A stretch of 64,000 nucleotides of DNA from Eledone cirrhosa (lineage: Eukaryota): positions 28,024,001-28,088,000 of the forward strand of contig OZ024750.1 in assembly GCA_964016885.1 (NCBI GenBank), read 5' to 3'. Positions 1 to 15,260 of this stretch are shown here, piece by piece. The notes beneath the pieces were generated by a model. The model was not told the DNA's origin, made no database searches, and was given only the letters and a program-made list of their open reading frames with translations. The position numbers and the translations under genes are program-made. The first letter of the stretch is position 1, and every line of letters starts with the position of its first letter.

Positions 1-557
1 ACATATATATACATATATATACACATATATATACATATATATACATATATATATATATGTATATATATACACATATATATATGTATATATATGTATATAT
101 ATACATATATATATATGTATATATATACATATATATATACATATATATGTATATATATGTATATATATACATATAGATATATATATGTATATATATGTAT
201 ATATATATATATACATATATATATGTATATATATGTATATATATATGTATATATATGTATATATATATGTATATATATATGTATATATATGTATATATAT
301 ATATATATGTATATATATGTATATATATATGTATATATGTATATATATATATATGTATATATATGTATATATATATGTATATATATGTATATATATGTAT
401 ATATATGTATATATATGTATATATATATATATATGTGTATATATATATGTATATATATGTATATATATGTATATATATATATATGTGTATATATATATGT
501 ATATATATGTATATATATATGTATATATATATGTATATATATATGTATATATATGTA

Positions 558-588
<31 letters not shown>

Positions 589-3160
589 GTATATATATGT
601 ATATATATATATGTATATATATGTATATATATGTATATATATATATACATATATATATATGTATATATATGTATATATATATGTATATATATGTATATGT
701 ATATATATATGTATATATATGTATATATATATATACATATATATATATGTATATATATGTATATATATATGTATATATATGTATATGTATATATATATGT
801 ATATATATATGTATATATATATATACATATATATATATGTATATATATATGTATATATATATGTATATATATATGTATATATATATATACATATATATAT
901 ATGTATATATATATGTATATATATATACATATATATATGTATATATATCTATATGTATATATATATATGTATATATATGTATATATATGTGTATATATAT
1001 GTATATATATATGTATATATATATGTATATATATATGTATATATATATATATGTATATATATATGTATATATATATGTATATATATATATATGTATATAT
1101 ATATGTATATATATATGTATATATATATATATGTATATATATATACATATATATATGTATATATATATGTATATATATATGTATATATATGTATATATAT
1201 ATGTATATATATATGTATATATATATACATATATGTATATATATATGTATATATATATACATATATATATGTATATATATATACATATATATATGTATAT
1301 ATATATACATATATATATGTATATATATATACATATATATATGTATATATATATACATATATATATGTATATATATATACATATATATATGTATATATAT
1401 ATACATATATATATGTATATATATATACATATATATATGTATATATATATACATATATATATGTATATATATATACATATATATATGTATATATATGTAT
1501 ATATATATATATATATGTATATATATGTATATATATATATATATGTATATATATGTATATATATATACATATATATACATATATATGTATATATATGTAT
1601 ATATATATATATATGTATATATATGTATATATATATACATATATATACATATATATGTATATATATATACATATATATATATATGTATATGTATGTATAT
1701 ATATATGTATATGTATGTATATATATATGTATATGTATGTATATATATATATATATATGTATATGTATATACATATATATACATATATATATATGTATAT
1801 GTATATACATATATATACATATATATATATGTATATGTATATACATATATATATGTATATATATGTATATATATATACATATATATATGTGTATATATGT
1901 ATATATATATATGTAGATATATATGTGTATATATGTATATATATATATGTAGATATATATGTGTATATATGTATATATATATATGTAGATATATATGTAT
2001 ATATACATATATATATATGTATATATATATGTATATATATATGTATATACATACGTATATATATATGTATATATATATACATATATATATGTATATATAT
2101 GTATATATATATGTATATATATGTATATATATATGAATATACATATATATATATATGTATATATATATATATGTATATATATGTATATATATGTATATAT
2201 ATATGTATATATATATACATATATATATATGTATATATGTATATATATATACATATATGTACACATATATATACATATATATATGTATATATATACATAT
2301 ATATATGTATATATATGTATATATATATGTATATATATGTATATATATATATGTATATATATGTTTATATATATATATATGTATATATATATGTATATAT
2401 ATGTATATATATATATGTATATATATGTTTATATATATATATATGTATATATATGTATATATATATATATGTATATATATGTATATATATGTATATATAT
2501 GTATATATATGTATATATATGTATATATATGTATATATATATATATGTATATATATGTATATATATGTATGTATATATATGTATATATATGTATATATAT
2601 GTATATATATGTATGTATATATATGTATATATATATATATATATGTATATATATGTATATATATATATATATGTATATATATGTATATATATGTATATAT
2701 ATATGTATGTATATATATGTGTATATATATATGTATGTATATATATGTATATATGTATATATATATATATGTATATATATGTATATATATGTATATATAT
2801 ATGTATGTATATATATGTGTATATATATATGTATATATATGTATATATGTATATATATATCTATATATATATATGTATATATATATATGTATATATATGT
2901 ATATATATATGTATATATATCTATATATATATATGTATATATATATATGTATATATATATGTATAAATATATATGTATATATATATGTATATATATATAT
3001 ATGTATATATATATGTATATATATATATGTATATATATATATATGTATATATATATGTATATATATATATGTATATATATATGTATATATATATATATAC
3101 ATATATATATGTACATATCTATGTATATATATATATACACGTACACATACATTTATATGT

Positions 3161-3208
<48 letters not shown>
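1..3208. repeat. (TA)n-derived compound microsatellite with G/C interruptions
   Basis: Continuous atatatgt/atatacat variants. Similar arrays at about 5018-5888, 8475-8960, 11139-11627, 18040-18913, 20448-20798, 32690-33572, 35228-37010, 46695-48075 and 57550-57980. Confidence 0.98.
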
Positions 3209-3211
<3 letters not shown>

Positions 3212-3335
3212 TAAGTGCCGTACTAAGAATGAGAAATGAAATTTCGTTTCATTCTATTCTATATATATATAAATATATATATACATAGAATAGAATGAAA
3301 CGAAATTTCATTTCTCATTCTTAGTACGGCACTTA

Positions 3336-3338
<3 letters not shown>
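3209..3338. repeat. Fold-back palindrome (~55-bp perfect arms, TA-rich spacer) embedded in (TA)n
   Basis: aagtaagtgccgtactaagaatgagaaatgaaatttcg... and ...cgaaatttcatttctcattcttagtacggcacttactt are reverse complements. Confidence 0.92.
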
Positions 3339-3376
<38 letters not shown>

Positions 3377-3799
3377 TTATATGTATGTATGTCTATCTAC
3401 ATGCGTCTAATCTCCCATCTATATTTAGTTCCAACGTCTACCAGGGTTCCGTGTTTACTATAAATGGTATAAAAACGACTAAATATTTGCCTTAGTAACT
3501 CTGTATTCCTGATAAACAAAATACCAAATTAATGAGCAGTAAGAGACTGTTGTAAGCAAGAGAAACATTAGATTATTACTTTATTAACTAGTAATAGACT
3601 GTTAAGATCATGTCCTGAACAAATCTGTTACATCGCGTGATGGATCTCCGTCTCTGTCGACGACGAGTATTTAGTTGTTTAAACAACAGAACCAGGGACC
3701 TACTCGTGAAATTAAGGTGAAATTTGCTAAGCATTCTACTGATAAGTATATATATCCCTGACGTAATTCTCAAGAAGCTCCAGCGTAAGATATTACAGG

Positions 3800-4135
3800 T
3801 TGACTGGAGCAACGTGAAATAAAGTTTCTTCAATGACACAGTGCCCCACCGAGAACCAAACTTATGACATTGCTATCGTGTTCGTGTGTGGAACACCCTA
3901 TTCATTAATCCACATAGTTATTAATAAAGTTTCTTGCTCAAGGACACAGTGCGCCACCGAGAACCAAACTTACTATCGTGTTCGTGTGTGGAACCCCCTA
4001 TTCATCAAGCCACATAGTTATTAATAAAATGTCTTGCTCAAGAGACAGAGTGCGCCACCGATAACCAAACTCATGACATTACTATCGTGCTCCTGTGTGG
4101 AACACCCTAACCATTAAGCCACATAGCTATTAATA
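3800..4135 (-). repeat. Tandem (~100-bp) triplication of a degraded tRNA-SINE 5' part
   Basis: Three copies of ...tcttgctcaaggacacagtgcgccaccgagaaccaaac...aagccacatagttattaataa, the reverse complement of the SINE head seen at 10317. Confidence 0.65.
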
Positions 4136-4142
4136 AGATAAA

Positions 4143-4460
4143 ACAAATAACCTAGATTTATGACCATAGGTAAGTGTTGGCACGAATGCTGAATTGATGA
4201 TAGCGAGTTTGGCAATCAATATTTGAACACAAATAACTTAGATTCATGACCATAGTTAAGAGTTAGCGGAATACTGAATTGAAGATAGCAAAGCTGGCTA
4301 TTAATATTTGAAGACAAATAACCTAGATTCATGACCATAGTTAAGAGTTAGCAGAATACTGAAATGAAGATAGCAAAGCTGGCTATTAATATTTGAAGAC
4401 AAATAACCTAGATTCATGACCATAGTTAAAAGTTAGTAGGAATACCAAATTGAAGATTTG
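4143..4460. repeat. ~85-bp tandem repeat, about 4 copies
   Basis: acaaataacctagattcatgaccatagttaagagttag... recurs at about 4143, 4229, 4314 and 4399. Confidence 0.85.
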
Positions 4461-5014
4461 GCTTTAACACCTACATCCCCTCTTCTGATGACTGAATGCT
4501 GAAGATGGCCCATATCTGCACCGGTTCCTGCAGTGTTAAGTAATTGTTTCTGCTTTTGGCACAAGGACAGCAATTACGCTTTTTTATTACTGGTACTTTT
4601 ATCGACCACGTAAGGATGAAAGGCAAAGTTAACCTTGGAAAACATCGTATTGTTAGCGTCAGAGTTGAGATATCTTCCATTTGCTATATTCCACACACAT
4701 GTCGTCCAAAAGCCAGGTCGTGGTGTTAATCCTGATGACTGTTAGAACTTACACTGAGCAAAAATGTAGGTAACAGTAGATTTGTAGATCATACCTTGTC
4801 GCTAGACCAACTCTACACCTGCCATAATGACTACTACATAAACAATGACCCAGAGCTACAGGACAACAATAACAATAACAACAACAACGACAACAAAAAC
4901 GACGACAATATTAACCCAGAATAAGAAAACTTAGAGATTGGGGAGATTATTTTAAATGGAGGAAAGAGATGTGAAGATTACATTTTCAACATATTTTCAC
5001 CACGTACTTTTTCC

Positions 5015-5061
<47 letters not shown>

Positions 5062-5062
5062 T

Positions 5063-5099
<37 letters not shown>

Positions 5100-5106
5100 T
5101 ACACAC

Positions 5107-5142
<36 letters not shown>

Positions 5143-5290
5143 TCTTACATATATATATATACATATATAATACAAATATATATATATATATATATATATA
5201 TTCTTACATAAATATATATACATATATATATATACAATATATATATATATATATATATTCTTACATATATATATATATATATATATATAT

Positions 5291-5322
<32 letters not shown>

Positions 5323-5540
5323 TCTTACATATATATATACATATATATATATATACAAATATATATATATATATATATATACAAATATATATATATATAT
5401 ATACAAATATATATATATATATATACAAATATATATATATATATATATACAAATATATATATATATATATATACAAATATATATATATATATATATACAA
5501 ATATATATATATATATATACAAATATATATATATATATAT

Positions 5541-5589
<49 letters not shown>

Positions 5590-5830
5590 AATATATATAT
5601 ATATACATATATATATATACAAATATATACACAAATAAATAAATATATATATACATATATATACAAATATATACACAAATAAATAAATATATATATACAT
5701 ATATATACAAATATATACACAAATATATACATATATATATAAATATATATACAAATATATACACAAATATATACATATATATATACATATATATACAAAT
5801 ATATACACAAATATATACATATATATATAC

Positions 5831-5890
<60 letters not shown>

Positions 5891-6731
5891 CCTTTTTTTC
5901 ATTTTTCATTATTAATATTTATTTTATTTTTTGTGTTATATTATTTTCGTTGTTTATATTATCATTTCCGAAATTTATCTTGAGGATTTTCTTTTCAAGA
6001 TTTCAATGACCGATCGTCTAATCCATTGTGGTAAAATGAATGCCAAATGGAAGTACGTTGAATGTCAAGATGGATGCCAAACATGCCACCAAATATCTGT
6101 CAAATATATAATCATACTCTGGATAATTCGAACTCACAATATCAAATAGATAAACGTGCCAAACTAACTTCTATACATTCTCAGCTTCCGATTCACACAA
6201 ATACTTATACATAGACATACATACTTATTTGCATAAATATACATATAGAACATAGAGACTCAGTTACACATACACATTATTTGAATACACAAATACACAT
6301 TATTTGAATAAACACGTCTACATACACAAACATAGGCATTTATGTATATATATATATATATGTATATATATATTTGTTTGTTTGTTTGTATGTGTATGTA
6401 TGTATGTATGTATGTATGTTTGTTTGTTTGTTTGTATGTGTATGTATGTATGTATGTATATATATATATATGTTTGTTTGTTTGTTTGTATGTGTATGTA
6501 TGTATACGCATATGTGTATATATAGATGTATGTATGTATGTATGTAGGTATGTATATCCATATGTGTATATATAGGGGTATATATAGCTGTATGTATATG
6601 TATGTATTATATATATATATATATATATGTGTGTATGCGTATGTATAAATATGTGTATATATGTATGTGTGTATGTATGTGCATGTATATATATATATAT
6701 CTTTGTGTATATGTATGTATATATATATATG

Positions 6732-6767
<36 letters not shown>

Positions 6768-6889
6768 GTTTGTGTGTCTATGTGTGTATATGTATGATAT
6801 ATATATATGTGTGTATGTATATATATATATATATATGTGTGTGTATATCTAGGCACATGTATATATATATATATGTTTGTATGTATATG

Positions 6890-6925
<36 letters not shown>

Positions 6926-7011
6926 CGTGTATATGTATATATATATGTATATATGTATGTGTGTATATGTATGTATATATATATGTATATATGTATGTGT
7001 GTATATGTATG

Positions 7012-7046
<35 letters not shown>

Positions 7047-7070
7047 ATATGTATATATATATATATATAT

Positions 7071-7261
7071 AACGAAGGAAATGTGGTAAGGAACCAGATG
7101 GACCATAACGCACCAAAGTACTCAATATTTAGAGTAGTAGAGTGAGTAATAGGAACAAGTATGACCCTGACGGCAGAGCTCAAGCCGTTTCGACGGCTAT
7201 TTCTGGACTGAAATAGCCGTCGAAACGGCTTGAGCTCTGCCGTCGGAGTCATACGTATTCC
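7071..7261 (-). mobile_element. Short TA-inserted retroelement (family A) with a 5' fold-back hairpin containing a hammerhead 3' half
   Basis: Shares the tail ...gagtactttggtgcgttatggtcca..tggttccttaccacatttccttcgtt(at)n with about 8 other copies; hairpin at 7152-7261. Confidence 0.8.
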
Positions 7262-7366
7262 AATATATATATATATATATATATATTTATTTTTTAAAAT
7301 AACAGATTAAAGTTTAAGCAAAGAATCGAGCCCTCTTTGGATTTTAGTCTTCAAATTTATTATTAT

Positions 7367-7405
<39 letters not shown>

Positions 7406-7832
7406 TGTACGTATGCATATATGTATGCGAGAGCGTGCCATTCTCTAAATGTATGCTTATTATATGTGTGAAAGTATAATATTGAATTTTATGGTGTTAC
7501 ACAGAAACACATACACGCTGGTCTACGGGGAAACATATTTACTATAGTAAATACCATGACGAAGAGGGAATTCTGCGTACATAACAAACATTCATGAAAT
7601 TCTTGAGTTACCCTTTTAAAATTCTACATTTTCAAATGTTTTAGGACATTCAACCACATACATAAATACACGCACGTACAGTCGCACACGTGCATCATCA
7701 CACACAAGCACACACATATATTCAATTGAGCATATAAGCATACACAAAGAGGCAGAAAAATACACACACACACACACGCAAACAGAAACGCTCTTACTTT
7801 TAAATATGTATATGTCTTATATATATATATAT

Positions 7833-7884
<52 letters not shown>

Positions 7885-7889
<5 letters not shown>

Positions 7890-8078
7890 AAAAAGTATGA
7901 CCCCGACGGCAGAGTTCAAGCCGTTTCGACGGGTATTTCTGGACAGAAATAGCCGTCGAAACGGCTTGAGCTCAGCCGTCGGGGTCATACTTTTTCCTAT
8001 TACCCATTCTACTATCCTAAGTATTGAGTACTCTGGTGCGTTATGGTCCATCTGGTTTCTTACCACAATTCCTTCGTT
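7885..8078 (+). mobile_element. Family A copy; hairpin 7885-8000; GAAA-stem III-GTC|GGGGTC motif at 7958-7986
   Basis: gtcGAAAcggcttgagctcagccGTCggggtcatac followed by the conserved tail, with (TA)n on both sides. Confidence 0.8.
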
Positions 8079-8091
8079 ATATATATATATG

Positions 8092-8180
<89 letters not shown>

Positions 8181-8240
8181 CCAGGGTTCAATCGGAGATA
8201 ACCACAGTAACTAAGGTACTAAATACATAGCAGAGTATTA

Positions 8241-8334
8241 ATGTTTAATATAGAAATGTCTTCAACAGGACTATAACTGTTTCATTCGAAGGAAACAGTT
8301 CTAGTCCTGTAGAAGCCATTTCTATATTAAACAT
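8241..8334. repeat. Fold-back palindrome of a Penelope-like terminal fragment (same family as 19551-19603 and 25252-25424)
   Basis: tttaatatagaaatg..ttc..caggacta.aactgtttc / gaaacagttctagtcctgtagaagccatttctatattaaa. Confidence 0.7.
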
Positions 8335-8474
8335 ACATACATACATACATACATACATACATACATACATACATACATACATACATACATACATGTAGGA
8401 ATGTATATGAATGCACGTATCTAAATATATTCACTCGTTCTTTCCCTCTCGTACACACACATACATATGTACGC

Positions 8475-8508
<34 letters not shown>

Positions 8509-8537
8509 TTATATATATATATATATATTTATATATT

Positions 8538-8688
<151 letters not shown>

Positions 8689-8689
8689 T

Positions 8690-8787
<98 letters not shown>

Positions 8788-8797
8788 TATATATATT

Positions 8798-8836
<39 letters not shown>

Positions 8837-8853
8837 ATATATTTATATATATT

Positions 8854-8960
<107 letters not shown>

Positions 8961-8961
8961 A

Positions 8962-9071
8962 CAGGGTGTGGCAAAAGCAACGCCCTTTATTTATTTATTA
9001 ACTCTTATTGAGCCAAAATTCATGACAGTAATTAAAAAGATTTTCCCGTTCAATTAATTTTGCCGCACCCT

Positions 9072-9072
<1 letters not shown>
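8962..9072. mobile_element. Tc1/mariner-type MITE (111 bp)
   Basis: TA|cagggtgtggcaaaa ... ttttgccgcaccctg|TA: terminal inverted repeats with a TA target duplication. Confidence 0.85.
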
Positions 9073-9150
<78 letters not shown>

Positions 9151-10188
9151 TATGCACACAAACACACACACATACACCCACCCACAAACATATGCACACG
9201 CACACACACACGCACACAAACACACACACATACACCCACCCACAAACATATGCACACGCACACATACAGACAGACTGAGTATACCGGAATAACGTGATAT
9301 GGAATGTTGTGCTCAAGAACACAACACACAACCAGTCCATGAATTACGATCGTAAGTCCAATACCCATACCACTAGGCCACGTGTCTCCAGATGCCTGGG
9401 ATAAAATTATATACCTGAACCTCATCAACAAAACCTTCAACAATTTTTTTGAAAAAATTGTCCATAATGTGAATCTCTAGAAAACTATTCCCTTTTAGAC
9501 AAAGGGTATCCTGCTAATTAGAATCTAATTAGATCTAATTAGATCTAATTAGATCTACAGAATTAACTGAAGTCAAGCAAAAGTCATATTTCTTCACTGT
9601 GTTTAGCCAACCACCTTTCATAATTTACACCAAGGACACCACAAATATGACAATAAAATACACCACAATAAAACACACAACAATAAATATCTTAGCAAAT
9701 GACTTCAGAAATATATATCAAAGGAATATGTGACCGGGTAAAACGCCATTTTGACCTAAACACGATGAGCGAAACCAACGAGAGAAACGTGCTGAGAGAC
9801 AAGGAAATGTTTGAGCTTATCTACTTTGGAGAAGAGGATGTGCTTAAACAACTATATTGTCTATTACCAGGAAAAACTCTCATGTCATTAAACAATGTCA
9901 CACACTTGGTAATACTTGTTAACAACTTCAGTTGGAGTGCCAGTGCCAATATCAACATTAACAACTTCCCAATCCAGAAATCCAGATGTTACTATCTCTT
10001 TATTTTAATCCTATAGGATTTTTGACCACTTAAACCTCTTCATAACAAATAAAGAATCACGAGATTTGATACACACTAAAACACAATTACAATAAACGAA
10101 TAACTAAATATATAATTAAATTCAACATAAGACTGATGTGTTCATGTGCGTAGTTGCTATGAAATAGCTTAAGCTATTTTATAGCTTT

Positions 10189-10292
<104 letters not shown>

Positions 10293-10316
10293 CACACATA
10301 CACACACAATTGTGAA

Positions 10317-10432
10317 GGCGTGTGGCTGAGTGGTTAGAGAATTGGATTCGCAATCGTAAGGTTGTGAGTTCGATTCCTGGACCAGGCGATGCGTTATGTC
10401 CTTGAGCAAGACACTTTATTTCACGTTGCTCC
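10317..10432 (+). mobile_element. tRNA-derived SINE 5' portion
   Basis: A box tggctgagtgg and B box gagttcgattcc, followed by tgtccttgagcaagacactttatttcacgttgctcc. Confidence 0.8.
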
Positions 10433-10820
10433 TTCTACCTGGAGTTGCGACCGATAGATAGTATTAGCAATTGGAAAGACCAACGGAAACATTGTTACCG
10501 CGGTCCGATTTGACGAAAGTCGATCGTTTAAGATATATACAATGATATTAAATAAATGGAAACTATATTTATAAAACCATATTTATTCTATTATATATAT
10601 TTGAAGGGTATCAAAGTTTTGGTACGCTTTCATCAGATAAAATACGAAGTGTGTTTTATAAATGTTGACATAACCAAGAAAAATACCTTAACGGTTCAAG
10701 TTTTCCTTGGATATTTAATATCATTGAATATTATACTCCAGAAAACTTGTCGAGTGCTCTGAATCAGTTATAAACATTTATATATTTGTTGAATTATCAA
10801 CAAATTAAATATCCCTTTTG

Positions 10821-10860
<40 letters not shown>

Positions 10861-10869
10861 AAAGACTGT

Positions 10870-11135
10870 CTTAAGCCAGAAGGCTCATTTGGCCGGTGCT
10901 TATCCCGGCTTCATTGTGTGAAGCGACTGAGAGTACAAGACTTCGCCCTGGACAGGACGCCAGTCCATCTCAGGGTTAAACCCCAGCTTTTGCTGGTACT
11001 CAATTTTCTGATGAGTATACTGGAGTAACGGGAAATGAAGTGTTTTGCTCAAGAACACAACACGCAAACCAGGAATCGAACCCACGACATTGTGATTGTA
11101 AATCCAGCACCCTTACCACTAGGCTACGTGCCTCC
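10870..11135 (-). mobile_element. tRNA-derived SINE with V-domain-like core
   Basis: Minus strand: tagcctagtgg (A box), ggttcgattcc (B box), then ccctgagatggactggcgtcctgtccaggg resembling the V-SINE core. Confidence 0.75.
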
Positions 11136-11137
11136 AC

Positions 11138-11323
<186 letters not shown>

Positions 11324-11350
11324 TATATATAATATATATATATATAATAT

Positions 11351-11393
<43 letters not shown>

Positions 11394-11469
11394 TATATAT
11401 ATAATATATATATATATATAATATATATATATATAATATATATATATATAATATATATATATATAATAT

Positions 11470-11735
<266 letters not shown>

Positions 11736-11754
11736 ATATATATATATATATATA

Positions 11755-11990
11755 TATCAAAATAACATTAAAATCTATTTAATATCTATATAAAATCACT
11801 ATAATATCAAAATAACATTAAAATCTATTTAATATCTATAATATCTATATAAAATCACTATAATATCGAATAACATTAAAATCTATTTAATATCTATAAT
11901 AGCTATATAAAATCACTATAATATCGAATAACATTAAAATCCATTTAATATCTATAATATCCATAAAATCACTATAAAATGATTATAATA
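11755..11990. repeat. 50-58-bp AT-rich tandem repeat, about 4 copies
   Basis: taacattaaaatctatttaatatctata at 11763, 11813, 11871 and 11929. Confidence 0.8.
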
Positions 11991-12204
11991 TTAAAATTCA
12001 TTTTTGTATGTTTGTATGCACCTTGGCTCTTGTTGCAACAATCTGCATGAAAAATGCTTTCATTTCTGTATTTTTAATCACACAAGTGTTTGTATAAAAT
12101 ATCGGGTCATCAAATATGAAATTTGTAGTGAGGCATATATACTCATGTTTTTTTTTCTAAAATTTCATACTTGACGACCCAATAATTTACACTACGTCCT
12201 TTTA

Positions 12205-12955
12205 ATGCCCGAGTTCAAATCCTACCGTGTTTAGCTTTGCCATTAATCCTTAGGGGTTCGGTAAAATAAAGTACCAGTCAAGCACTGGGGTTGATATAAT
12301 TGACTTTCTCCTCCCCCAAAATTGCTGGCCTTGTGCTTAAATCAGAAATCATTATTATAAGGCGACGGGTTGGCAGAATCGGTAGAGCGCCGGACAAAAT
12401 GCTTTGCAGAATAAAGTTATGGCCCTTTACATTCCAAGTTCAAATCCCGCCGAGGTTAGCTTTGCCTTTCATCCTTACGGGGTCGATAAAATAAAGTACC
12501 AGTAATGCATTGGGGTTGACTTAATCGACTTTCCTCTTCCCAAAAATTGCTGGCCTTGTACTTAAATCAGAAATAATTATTTATTATCGGTGTTATCATT
12601 TTATTGGGTTCGTTTACATTCTGATTTCAAATCCCGCCGAGGTTAACTTTGCCTTTCATCCTTACGGGGTCGATAAAATAAAGTACCAGTAATGCACTGG
12701 TTAATTTGCTGGCCTTGTGCCTAAAGTAGAAACAATTATTATAATTGTTGCACAAAGGGGCGGTGAATTGGCAGTATCGGTAGAGGGTCGGACGCCATGC
12801 TTTCCAGCATAGAGTTACGGCCCTTGCTATTCTGAGTTCAAATCCCGCCGAGTTTAACTTTGCCTTTCATCCTTACGGGGTCGATAAAATAAAGTACCAG
12901 TAATGCACTGGGGTAATTTGCTGTTCTTGTGCCAAAAATTAGAAACAATTATTAT
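12205..12955 (+). mobile_element. Head-to-tail cluster of 4 tRNA-derived SINEs (Meta-domain-like core)
   Basis: Repeated gagttcaaatcccgccgagg..aactttgcctttcatccttacggggtcgataaaataaagtaccag...gctggccttgtgcc; A box tggcagtatcgg. Confidence 0.85.
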
Positions 12956-12957
12956 AA

Positions 12958-14230
12958 TTGTTGTTATTATTGCTATTGTAGTTGTTGTTATTATAGCTGT
13001 TGATGTTGTTGTTGTTGCTCTTGTTGTTGTTGCTCTTGTTGTTGTTGTTACTGTTGTTATTATTGTTATTGTAGTTGTTGTTATTATTGCTGTTGATGTT
13101 GTTGTTGTTGCTCTTGTTGTTGTTGTTACTGTTGTTATTATTGCTATTGTAGTTGTTGTTATTATAGCTGTTGTTGTTGTTGTTGCTCTTGTTGTTGTTG
13201 CTCTTGTTGTTGTTACTGTTATTATTGCTATTGTAGTTGTTGTTATTATAGCTGTTGATGTTGTTGTTGTTGCTCTTGTTGTTGTTCCTCTTGTTGTTGT
13301 TGTTACTGTTGTTATTATTGCTATTGTAGTTGTTGTTATTATTGCTATTGTAGTTGTTGTTATTATTGTTGTTGTTGCTCTTGTTGTTATTGTTATTATT
13401 GCTATTGTAGTTGTTGTTATTATTGTTGTTGTTGCTCTTGTTGTTGTTGTTACTGTTGTTATTATTGCTATTGTAGTTGTTGTTATTATTGCTATTGTAG
13501 TTGTTGTTGGTATTGCTATTGTAGTTGTTGTTATTATTGCTATTGTAGTTGTTGTTATTATTGTTGTTGTTGCTCTTGTTGTTGTTGTTACTGTTGTTAT
13601 TATTGCTATTGTAGTTGTTGTTATTATTGCTATTGTAGTTGTTGTTGTTATTGCTATTGTAGTTGTTGTTATTATTGCTATTGTAGTTGTTGTTATTATT
13701 GTTGTTGTTGCTCTTGTTGTTGTTGTTACTGTTGTTATTATTGCTATTGTAGTTGTTGTTATTATTGCTATTGTAGTTGTTGTTGTTATTGCTATTGTAG
13801 TTGTTGTTATTATTGCTATTGTAGTTGTTGTTATTATTGTTGTTGTTGCTCTTGTTGTTGTTGTTACTGTTGTTATTATTGCTATTGTAGTTGTTGTTAT
13901 TATTGCTATTGTAGTTGTTGTTGTTATTGCTATTGTAGTTGTTGTTATTATTGCTATTGTAGTTGTTGTTATTATTGTTGTTGTTGCTCTTGTTGTTGTT
14001 GTTACTGTTGTTATTATTGCTATTGTAGTTGTTGTTATTATTGTTGTTGTTGCTCTTGTTGTTGTTGTTACTGTTGTTATTATTGCTATTGTAGTTGTTG
14101 TTATTATAGCTGTTGATGTTGTTGTTATTATTGCTATTGTAGTTGTTGTTATTATTGTTATTGTAGTTGTTGTTATCATTGCTGTTGTAGTTGTTGTTGT
14201 TGCTCTTGTTGTTGTTGTTACTGTTGTCGT
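12958..14230. repeat. (GTT/ATT)n trinucleotide-derived array with a 138-bp higher-order repeat
   Basis: The gctcttgtt landmark recurs at 13434, 13572, 13710, 13848 and 13986. Confidence 0.9.
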
Positions 14231-14559
14231 TAATATGTTTATAGTTGTACACAGGAAACATACACTCTATTTGGCAACATACAATGTTAAGGTACCGCCC
14301 CTCAGGTTCGGCGCCTCTAATTTGAACATTTTGAGCCAAATGTTCCAGTGAAAGATGCCCTTATTGAACTCTACCCTAATAACTAACTACACACTGCCTT
14401 AAGGTTCAACATACTCCTCCCTCTTACCACCACCACCACTACCCCCTATTTTTACCTGTTTTCAAGGTGTTTCCCCTTCAACTCCCACTTGATGACCTTT
14501 CGTCTGCGACCTTTGCCTTCCTTCGCCACTCTTTCTCTTTTTCAACTCACACTACAACT

Positions 14560-15260
14560 CTCTTCTCTTCCCTCTCTCCCTTACTCTCTCCCTCTCCCTT
14601 ACTCTCTCCATCTCCCCTCTCTCCCTTACTCTCTCACTTCCCTCTCTCTCACGCTTCCCTCTCTCTCTCGCTTCCCTCTCTCTCCCGCTTCCCTTTCTCT
14701 CTCGCTTCCCTCTCCCTTACTCTCTCTCTCTCTTACCCTCTCTCCCCCTCTCTCCTCTCCCCCCCTCTCTATATGTATTACCCTCCCCTCTCTTCCACAT
14801 ATACACCTTTGCTCTAGCTTTCCACTCTCTCTATTTCACTCCTTCTCTCTCCCCTTCTCTCACTCTACATATATACACCAACCCTCTATATACACACATA
14901 GCCCCCGAGAATCTCTCTCTCTCTCTTTTCCCCCTCTCTCACTATCTATATATATATACACCCACCCTCTATATACCACCCTCACACCTAGCCCCATAGA
15001 GTCTCCCTCTCTCTCTCTCACTATATATATACACCCACCCTCTATATACCACCCTCACACCTAGCCCCCTCTCTCCCTCTCTCCCTCTCTCCCTCTCTCC
15101 CTCTCCCTCTCTCCCTCTCTCCCTATCTTCCTCTCTCACTCTCCGCCTCTCTCCCCCTCTCTCCCCTATCTCTCCCCCTCTCTCCCCTCTCTCTCACTAT
15201 CTATATATACACACCCACCCTCTATATACCACCCTCACACCAAGCCCCCGAGACTCTCAA
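14560..15260. repeat. CT-rich low-complexity tract
   Basis: Degenerate (CT)n/(CCCTCTCT)n. Confidence 0.85.

Noticed and set aside
91-3214. Very long ORFs (up to 1009 aa) of Y/I/M/V/C, and similar ORFs throughout the window
   Set aside because: Translation of TA-based microsatellites that lack stop codons; no protein complexity
4797-4857. Possible minus-strand exon with AG/GT boundaries (similar candidates near 6000-6096 and 63690-63840)
   Set aside because: Short frames with no recognisable homology and no consistent multi-exon ORF
9699-10016. 105-aa non-repetitive ORF
   Set aside because: No recognisable domain or convincing splice context; cannot be supported without a search
10317-10390. 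tRNA gene
   Set aside because: A/B boxes are present but the cloverleaf is poor and it continues into a SINE body; it is a SINE head
11007-11045. CTGATGAG...GAAA hammerhead-like motif (also CTGATGA at 4485, 4733 and 63596)
   Set aside because: No consistent stems I-III or NUH site; chance matches, the first being antisense SINE sequence
12854-14351. Poly-T/I, poly-V and poly-N ORFs
   Set aside because: Trinucleotide repeat open in several frames on both strands and overlapping a SINE
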